DNA of 55,731 nt, the filler included, from Trichosphaerium sp. ATCC 40318 (lineage: Eukaryota; Protista; Tubulinea): the NCBI GenBank assembly GCA_038496445.1. It is 3 parts of 3 records of this genome, joined end to end, with 100 filler letters (N's around TTAATTAATTAA, not from the genome) between each part and the next. Parts side by side here need not be neighbours in the genome. Positions count along the whole stretch, not along the records: positions 41,809 to 55,731 come from JALMLS010000618.1; 2 more parts are not named here. One strand, given 5' to 3'. The number at the start of each line of letters is the position of its first letter. The first letter of the stretch is position 1. Below the pieces are notes generated by a model. The model searched no databases. It saw only the letters and a program-made list of their open reading frames with translations, and had not been told where the DNA came from. Below, piece by piece: positions 47,168 through 55,731 of the stretch. Both the position numbers and the translations under genes were made by a program.

Positions 47168-50029
47168 TTTGGGTTAACGAATGCACCTGCTACTTGGCAA
47201 CGCTATATGAACTTAGTCTTAGCGGGTCTCACCTGGCAGATCTGTTTAGTATACATTGATGATATCATTGTATACTCTAAAGACTTTAAGACACACATTC
47301 AGAGATTGGATACCGTTTTAACACAACTGGAGAAATTCAACGTTAAACTTAAACCAAAGAAATGCAAGTTCTTTATGAAGGAACTTAATTACTTAGGGCA
47401 TGTAGTTACCAACAACGGAAGAAAACCTGATCCTGCAAAGATAGAGGCTATAGCTAGAATGCCTCCTCCGAATGGAAAAAACCGACTAAAGCAACTCCAA
47501 CGATTCTTGGCGATGATCAAGTATTATGGATGCTATGTCAATAACTTAGCTAAAAGATCATATCATTTACGCATTCTAACTCATAAGAATGCTGAATGGG
47601 TATGGGGAAAAGAGCAACAAGATGCCTTTGAAGACCTCAGAAAGTGTTTAGTAACGGAACCTATCGTATTGGCTTATCCAGATTTCGACAAAGAATTCGA
47701 ACTTCACACTGACGCTTCAGATGAGGGACTATGTGCAATCTTAACTCAAAGAGAAGATGATGGTAAAAAAAGAGTTGTGTCGTACTATTCACGATCACTC
47801 AACAAGGCTGAACGAAACTATTCAGCTTCCGTGAAGGAAGCGCTAGCGGTGGTGGCTGGTGTTAGAAAGTTTAGACCGTACCTGTTATCTAAACATTTTA
47901 CAATTTGGACAGATCATCAAGCTCTGGTTTGGTTCTACCGACACCAGAACCCTGATGGAAAAATGATTAGATGGTCTATATTTCTCTCAGCGTATGATTA
48001 TACTATCAAACATAGACCTGGTGTAAGAAACGCTAATGCAGATACTGGGTCTCGGTCTCCTGTTATTTCTATTGAAGACGCTCCAAAGAAAGAATTCGAA
48101 GTCAACGAAATTTATACTCCTGTTATTCAAGCTAGAGGAGTTTCAATCTTTCCTGGACATGTGGTCCACAAGAAACCAGTTCCAGAGCCGTTACTTCGAT
48201 TATATTACTTACAAAGACAAGACGCTTTTATGAACAAACAGATTATGTATCTACAATCTCCTGATGTATTCAAATATTACAAAGATGTGGAACGTTTAAC
48301 TAAAAGTACAAAAGATCTCTGTCTAGACGATTATGGTATACTCTGTCGGAGTTGGATACCTCCAAAATCCCAACGATCCGATAAAACCGAAAGGATTCAA
48401 ACAGTTGTTCCTACGCAGATGAGATTGGAACTTCTTAGATTAAACCATGATATTCCTACATCAGGACATCTAGCAGTTAAACGTACTTATCTTAAACTCA
48501 TGGATAAGTACTGGTGGCCTAACATGTGGTTGGACGTTAACCAATATGTTAAAGGATGTATACAATGCCAGACTAAGAAAATCGATCGTCGAAAGAAGCT
48601 AGGTGGACCGATGGGAACGGTAACTTCAAGATGCCCGATAGATGTTATTGCCACTGATTTAATTACAAAGTTACCGCGTACCAGAAATGATAATGTTTGC
48701 ATTCTGGTGGTTATGGATTACTTCACCAGATATGCTAAGTCCATTCCACTTCCAAACAAAAAGGCATCAACAATTGCACGTGCAATTTATGACGAATTTA
48801 TATTGGAACATGGAACACCTAACGTATTTCTCTCCGATCAAGGTGGTGAATTTAAAAACGTACTGAAGGAACTTATGAAGTTATTGAATGTCGACCAACG
48901 CCAAACTACAGCATATAGACCTCAAACGGATGGTCTAGTTGAAAGATTTAATGCTACCTTAGTCAATATGATAAAGATGTATTGTAATGACAATCAAACA
49001 GATTGGAATGAATATGTACGACCTTGCACATTCGCGTATAATACGTCAGTTCATGAAGAATTAAAAGAAACACCTTATTTCCTTATGCATGGTAGAAGAG
49101 CAGTTTCGTCTTGGGATCAGGCTTTAGGACGAGTATCTACCAGATCAAAGGACAAATACATAAAAAACATTGCGAAAGTGATAAAGAAAACACATGAAAC
49201 GTCAGCTATGCTTAGACAGAAAGCATATCAAAGACAGAAGAAACGGTATGATGAGAAGCATCGTACCAAGACATTCTCTGTTGGACAAAAAGTTTATTTA
49301 CGTGTTAACAAGAAACGTGATGTACCATGGGGTAAATCACAAAAGCTTTTTAAGAACTATACTGGAGTATACTATATTGCTGAAGTTAAAGGACATCATA
49401 ATTATCGTATTGGAGTCATGAATAAAGATGGTACTAAAGGACCTATCATCCCTGATGTCTATAACGTTGATCGACTCAAGGAGCACAATGAACAAATTTC
49501 CGGCGATACAGATAAATTAGTTCAAATAGTGGAAGCTATACCTGTTCTTTCCCCTGCAGAGAAAGCATATGCAAAAGAACAGGAAGAAAAAAATGCGACA
49601 AAAGATAGTAATCCTACTATCACTAAGAAAGTAAGCCCTTTTAAAGATGCTTTATTGGAAGTATACAATGCTGTTTCACAACGCTCTGAAGCGGGTTCTA
49701 TTACGAAAAAGGTCTTACAGGTTTATAAAAATACATTACATGATCTTATCGCTGGCGATCTTTCCATGTTCGTTACGAGAAATTCCAGAAGAAATTATTT
49801 CAAAGGACAATTAAAGAATGTTACCACAGTGAAAAAATTTCTGGATTATATGGATTCACTCATTTCCAATTTCGAGACTATCTTTAAGCCTGAACTATAA
49901 AACGTATGGGTTCAGTTTGGAGGGGTATGCATTAGTATTTTATGATGTTTGGTACAGTGTGATAAATTAAAACTCATGTACATATCGTATAACATTCGTG
50001 TGGTATGTAAACTCACTTACCGGGGTATG

Positions 50030-50319
50030 TCACGATATTGTAATGTACTTAGATAGAATAAAACACACTTAACTACAACTCGTACCTCGCACCTTTTCTC
50101 GTAACATACATCATCGTAACTGTCTTTAGGGCAAGATCCCCAACGGTCGGCGCAAAAAGTTCCAGACTCTCCGTCAGTGTTTTCATACAGCCTTGAGCAC
50201 CATTTGGCCCAGCACCCTCCTTCTACATCTTCATCGTTTCCTGATACTGGACATGCGAACATAAATACTACAAAAACAATAGCCAAGGATAGCGTAGGTA
50301 TTAAAGAAAAGTTGCTCAT
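50030..50319 (-). CDS. Small secreted Cys-rich protein, paralog 1
   Basis: Signal peptide MSNFSLIPTLSLAIVFVVFMFACP; C..KWCSRLY..FCADRWGSCP; 3' end uncertain. Confidence 0.6.
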
Positions 50320-50974
50320 TGTAAGGTGACAATAATTTTTTGAGTGAAAATGTTTAACGAGTTTTCAAGAGTTTGTCCGATGTAATCCCGATTTCACATA
50401 ACCACAAAACACGTAAAACTACACGACCCTACACGACACGATGTTTCACTATTATAATTATCCTTGCCGTCAACGAGTAGGTAAGTTACAAACCCTAAGG
50501 CAAAGATTGCCTGTTGAAATAGTAAGGAATGTAACAATATCTGCAAAAAAAATAAACGTTGTTGTCTTTTTGTAGCACGTGGAGTATGTAGTAATTTGTA
50601 CATACAAAAGAGACCAACGCCTATTTGAGCTATAACCAAATTTATTGTCAACTTACAATGGCATTCCTTTTATTTACATACCTCCGCAGATAGTGTACAC
50701 CACAGTATGTATAATTATGTTAATAGGGTGAATGGAACAAAAGGTGAGCAAAGACCAAAAACAGTGAACCATAAGTAGTGGTCTATTACTGTTCAAGCGA
50801 CAAAAGATAATTCGGAGGATGATCTCAAAAAGTAGTGAAGTTCTCTTTATGCTGTGTTTTTCTCAAAAACAATTGTTGACAACACGTTTATGATCGGTTT
50901 ATGTACTGTGGCATAAACGAACAATGCTCTTTCTCTGAAAGTTCAATCTGGGCTACAACCTTTTAATTTTCATC

Positions 50975-51829
50975 TATTGTCCGTATCATTCAAGTTTGCG
51001 ACAGGTTTGGCAGAAGTATCAAAGTGTAAGATCTTGCAAGAACTAACAAAACTGACAGATCTTGTAAGTTCTGCTAGTTCTTGCAAGTTCTGTCAGATTT
51101 TGTCAGTTTTGATAGTTCTTGCACTGACAGCTTTGATAAAAACCTGCTGAACCAGTGCAATGTGAATGCATCACATTCTATAACTCATGACAATGTACCT
51201 TCCTTGCCGTCCTTATGTACGTTAAGGCAAGCCGAAAAAGCACTGTGTCAAAGTCGCATCATCTAACAAGACGACCTCAGTATTTCACGTAGGGCGCTCT
51301 CATTACTACTCACCCAGTAGCCATAAAAACGAGTACGAATCAATAATTATTTACATATTAACTAACAAGCACCACGCGCGAATGCTGGCACATTCAGGCG
51401 TAAAGAGGAGTATTTAACGTGAGATAACGTTAAAACCTCAAGGAAAATTCCAAGCGCTTCCAAAGTATCTTGCGCTGCATGTACGGTATAACATAGCGTA
51501 ATAATCCGTTTTAGAGTATAGGAGACAATCGTTGGACCTTAGAGGTCAGAGACATAAGCTAATGTACCAAATAAATAATGGTGGTTAAGAACACGTGGTG
51601 TCACAATAATTTGTATGCGTTGTACCTGTCCAAGTGGATTTAGTTTGTTCCAGAACTGACAAGATCCGTCAGATCTTGTAGTTTTTAACAGATCTTGCAA
51701 GAACTAACAAGATCTTGTAAGAATTAACAGAAGTTGCAAGATCTGTCAGATCTGACTAAACACGAAAACCAAAAGTCACAAACAGCAAAAAGTTGCAAAG
51801 ATTAGCAAACTTGAATGAAACGGACAATA
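50975..51829. mobile_element. Non-autonomous TIR element (TATTGTC family), copy B
   Basis: 25-bp TIR TATTGTCCGTATCATTCAAGTTTGC / GCAAACTTGAATGAAACGGACAATA (1 mismatch); subterminal AGATCTTGCAAG arrays. Confidence 0.85.
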
Positions 51830-52087
51830 TTAATTACAAGGCATGCGAATAATATCGCGAATAACATATGTATCTATATTTACACGCGTTATACACTTGC
51901 TTAATGATTTTATCGTAGTAACACGTGATGCTTCATAACTTGTAGCTCAAGGGGTTGAAAGGCTTCAAAATAAAAAAAGAAAATGCCAACAAACAATCAA
52001 TTTATTTATAGTTTGCTTAACACTAGCACTGAGATACCAAGTAACATACAACATGGATGTGGTTACTATATAGATACACTCGCTTAA

Positions 52088-52472
52088 TTACATTTATAGA
52101 GGGCTACTTCTGTAGCCATGATACCTTGAAAATTATTACATCTTCCAGCGCTAGGTGTTCTCTGATTGCATCGTTTACCACAGTTTTTCTTGCCTGATAT
52201 GTTGTCATACTATACTTTAAAGTGAGTCGAAAGTTGAACAGCATAGACAATGGAGAAGTGCGTACGCCATCATAACTCTTTTGAGGGCAAGATCCCCAAC
52301 GGTCGGCGCAAAAAGTTTCCGAACCTCCGTACGTATATTGATACAACCTTGAGCACCATTTGCCTACGCACGCTTCTACATCTTCATCGTTTCCTGATAC
52401 TGGACATGCGAACATAAATACTACAAAAAGAATAGCGAAGGATAGTGTTGGTATTAAAGAAAAGTTGCTCAT
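52088..52472 (-). CDS. Small secreted Cys-rich protein, paralog 2 (two exons)
   Basis: Highly similar to paralog 1; predicted exon 2 YDNISGKKNCGKRCNQRTPSAGRCNN. Confidence 0.65.
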
Positions 52473-53365
52473 AAGGTGACAATAGTTTTTTGAGTGAAAA
52501 TGTTGTGTTTTCAAGAGTTTGTCCGATGTAATCCCGATTTCACACAACCACAAAACGCGAAACTACACGACTCTACACGAGGACTACACGAGATATGGCC
52601 TATGCGTTTCAACTGTCGACTCACTTCAAAGTATAGTTTGACGCACGAAACTGTGGTAGACGATGCAATAAGCGAACACCTAGAGCTGGAAGCTTTAACT
52701 ACTATCATGGCATGATAATTGGTCTGAGAAAGCTCTTCATTATGTTGCTGGTGAGCAACAAGGAGAGCATAAAAATGCCTGTTACTTCTTTGCCAAATTG
52801 AAGGTAACTTTCTTCAAGTATTTGACAGAATGTGCAATACAGTTAAATTCATTTATTCCCTATTGCTGGCACCTTTTGGGCAAGCTCTCCTTGAAGTATA
52901 CAGCTTGTTAGACGTAGATTATGACCTACTAGAAACCATCGGATTCCTTTTGCAACTCTCACTCAATTTCCCACGCATATCTTCATTTAGCTTGTCATAT
53001 AATTTTATTGTAATCAGCTTTTCATCAAGTTAATGAAGCTACTAAAGCTTTTGAATGTAACTCAGCAAAAATTGTCGACAGCATTACAACAAGAATTATC
53101 AATAAATGAATTCAACGTAATGACTGCGTACCTGACACCCTGCTTTACGGCATTAGCCAAGAGAGCAAATGCCTCCAAATAAAACCAATTTCCTTGGAAC
53201 AGGATTATTATGGAATCAAATAACAGTGAAGGTAACCTCTATGTTACTTAATATTGTGAAACGAAACTTGAAATTTCTTAAGTCACGTATTTTGTCACGT
53301 GATTTATTTCAAATCAAGTTTTACGCCTGAAACACTTACTGTGGTAATCCGTATATCAATTCTAG

Positions 53366-55007
53366 ATGAAAAGAATTAGTGCTCTTTTATTTATTGCGTA
53401 CGTGCAGTAAAACTTTTGTTTTTCCGTTCCTGGCGCCGCAAGGCTTTAACTCATACAGTCTTTTATATCTTTTTTTCTAAAATTATTTAATCCAAGTTTC
53501 TTGGTGGCTCATGCTGTAGATTTATCCATGTACCTATGCCCATTAGAAGGTACATTGCCCTTTCTAACGTTTATCTGGCTTTGTATAAGGTCATTCATTT
53601 CTTACGCTTTAAATTTGGACTTTAAAGTTCTCATCCTCAATAGACGACAACTGTGGAACGTCAGTAAAGTCTTGTACGCTTAACAACCGAACACCAGTTG
53701 GAGATTGCTTTCCTTTAGACCCTTGTATTTTCCTTACAAATGATACCCATTACGCTCATTTTGTACCAAACGGAAACGGGTACGTGACGGAAATTTGTGG
53801 ATACTTCGGAGCTTTTTTTTCGAATAGCTACATTTATTAAATGAACACGTGGGAATTTTTTTAAATGGTTTTTGTGTTAGGTTCCAACTTGTTGGATTTC
53901 GTGATTCTGTATGTACAGATAGATCTGGTGTTGTTGGCGCAGCTGATACGGATGATTCGTGTACTACAAAAATCACTGGTTGGACTTGTACATACCTGAT
54001 CAGACTGGGTGTACCCGCAGTAACAGGAAACGCATGGAGTGGATGGGAACACACCTCAGGTTTGTTCTTTGCTTTTTAACGTAGGCTATACTAATATAAT
54101 ACCTGTAAGGTGGTTGTAGCACCGTTCCTACTATGAATAGAGGTCCTGTACTATTCGGAGAATGTGCATTGAGTCCTTTTTGTGATAGTGGAGATTGGAT
54201 CAACGCGCAAGTTAACAATGGAGATTCATCAATCATTGATTTGAATCACTACGCATCTCAAGCTGATTGTGAGAACAACGTTAATCCATTTTTCCAAAAT
54301 TCAACACTATATGATAGAGAAGCCGTGCCTTTCGGAAAATGTTCGGATTTTGATTGTAATATGAGTAAGTTCTTTTTTTTTCAAACACTTATTTTCGAAA
54401 GGCTAATATTCTGTTTTTTTGAACAGCTACGGTTTCACCTGGAATAAGTTTCGCTTATGCTCAAATTGGTCCTGATACGCCTACAACATCTCCACCTTTT
54501 GTTGTGCCTGTATCCCCAACAACTGAAACACCTGTATCCCCAACAACTGAAGCACCTGTAGAGCCTATAGCTCCAGTTGCACCGCCAGTAGCACCTCCTG
54601 TTGGAACTCCTGTCCAATCTCCCGTCTCAACGCCAGTTACCACTCCAATAGGATCACAACCGACAACAGAGGCACCAACGACTGGTACTCCTGTATCGTC
54701 CACGGGAACCACACCAACAACAGGCGAAACACCTGCCACTGTTATGACACCAACAACAGGGATTACTCCTTCGTCATCGCCACCTAGTTCAAACATGCCA
54801 ACTACAGCACCATCAGATACTGTACCTACAGAAATTGCTCCTACACCCGCTCCAGTCGCACCACCTACTCATACCTCACATGCTTCTGTTTTGGTAAGTT
54901 TTTCTTACAAATATTTACACTTACGTGTTTTACTAGGTGCCTTCTGTAATTATTTACGTTTTGATGCTCTTATTTTGTGTTCCACAATAACTCTTTCATT
55001 TGTATGA
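53366..55007 (+). CDS. Multi-exon secreted/surface protein with Cys-containing domain and P/T-rich mucin-like stalk
   Basis: MKRISALLFIA start, Cys-rich exons, PVSPTTE and APVAPP repeats, hydrophobic end. Confidence 0.65.
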
Positions 55008-55485
55008 ATCTTTCAATGTCGTATTTAATGTAGTAATGAACTAACAATTTAATAACTTATCTATTGGCCTCAACATTCTACCTTTAGAAAACTGATCAGG
55101 TGCCCAATACTATTAGGGCACGTGACTTTATCCTTGTGGAAAAGTTATTCCACAACACTTGCGGGTAATACTTGCTGAAAAATCCAATGACAGCACAAGT
55201 TCGTAGTTCCTGAGATTGAGTCGGATTTCGCTCCATTATTTATTGTTGTAACTCTTTTCAATAGCTAGTCATTATTTTTGCCGATTGTAGCTAGCCTTCG
55301 ATCACGTTCATCCTGTAATCGTAGTAGACATCTACTTCTGACAACCTGAATACTGTAAGTGTATTTGCGACGGCAAAATAATTGACTGTACAGAGCTGCC
55401 GGCAAAAAAAATAGGCCGCAATTCGTAAAAAAATGAGTACATTTTGAGAAAGTGACTTTTCACTATTTTTTGCCATCTCGCTCAT

Positions 55486-55731
55486 ATGGAAGCTCCTGCA
55501 ACGGATGAAGAATTAAAAATAGTCAGAGACATTGTAAGAGACGGTCATGAAGATATACCACAAGGCTTTTTGGACGCAGAAAACATTTCAAGGTCAGATT
55601 TCTTTGTTTGCTTTTTACAAAGCGCTAAAAAGCCATAGATACATACGAGCAACAGAAGGGAACGTAGAAAAGTGCGCAGAAATGATTAATACAATAAATT
55701 GGAGAAACGAGTTTAAACCGCATAAAATATC
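55486..55731 (+). CDS. CRAL-TRIO/Sec14-like protein, N-terminal part
   Basis: Spliced SR/YIRATEGNVEKCAEMINTINWRNEFKP fits the CRAL_TRIO_N pattern RYLRA..V..A..TL.WR. Confidence 0.7.

Larger units (their letters stand above)
44104..49900 (+). pseudogene. pol: pol (protease, dUTPase-like linker, RT, RNase H, integrase) interrupted by an insertion at 45505-47167
   Basis: YLDGG; SPWASP..KKDGTLRFCIDYR; WTAMP|FGLTNAPA; YIDD; TDAS; HHCC finger; DDE core (TDL, SDQG, GLVER). Confidence 0.93.
41809..49927 (+). mobile_element. Ty3/Gypsy LTR retrotransposon internal region; LTRs not identifiable in this window
   Basis: gag followed by PR-RT-RH-IN; purine tract GGAGGGG just after the pol stop. Confidence 0.95.

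Noticed and set aside
50022-50035. GGGGTA-TGTCACG as true PPT/LTR start
   Set aside because: Overlaps the predicted stop of the Cys-rich gene and no second LTR is available for comparison.
50394-50850. Multi-TM gene fragment, and TPR-like fragment at ~52770-53240
   Set aside because: Fragmentary with stops; product cannot be supported.

Overview
Eukaryotic, AT-rich DNA with many short GT-AG introns (most likely a protist; the species cannot be determined). Two artificial N-TTAATTAATTAA-N linkers (13563-13662, 41709-41808) join three contigs, so adjacency across them is unproven. Most long ORFs in the supplied track are pieces of spliced genes, and all homology calls are from recalled motifs, not searches. 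Contig 1: MFS transporter, stand-alone RNA Pol II CTD-like heptad protein, RasGEF, divergent GAR-less fibrillarin, secreted/GPI proteins, a deleted nucleoside hydrolase, a non-coding array of YTAAG-N8-CTTAR palindromes and a LamG gene. Contig 2: vWA protein, atypical Rab-like GTPase with a partial duplicate, GTPase-HSP20 fusion, several TIR elements and a ~14-17 kb transposon-like block. That block holds an F-box gene, a PTT(D/E)AP mucin-coding minisatellite interrupted by intron-containing fragments of unrelated host genes (ZIP11, cytoplasmic dynein heavy chain, an EPL1-like exon), an unknown multi-exon gene and a CACTA/Plavaka-like transposase. Contig 3: Ty3/Gypsy element with a clear -1 frameshift signal, its RT split by a nested double insertion, then Cys-rich secreted paralogs, a mucin-like surface protein and a CRAL-TRIO gene start. 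Best candidates for a new system: the minisatellite-embedded gene-capture mosaic, the free-standing CTD protein and the palindrome array.
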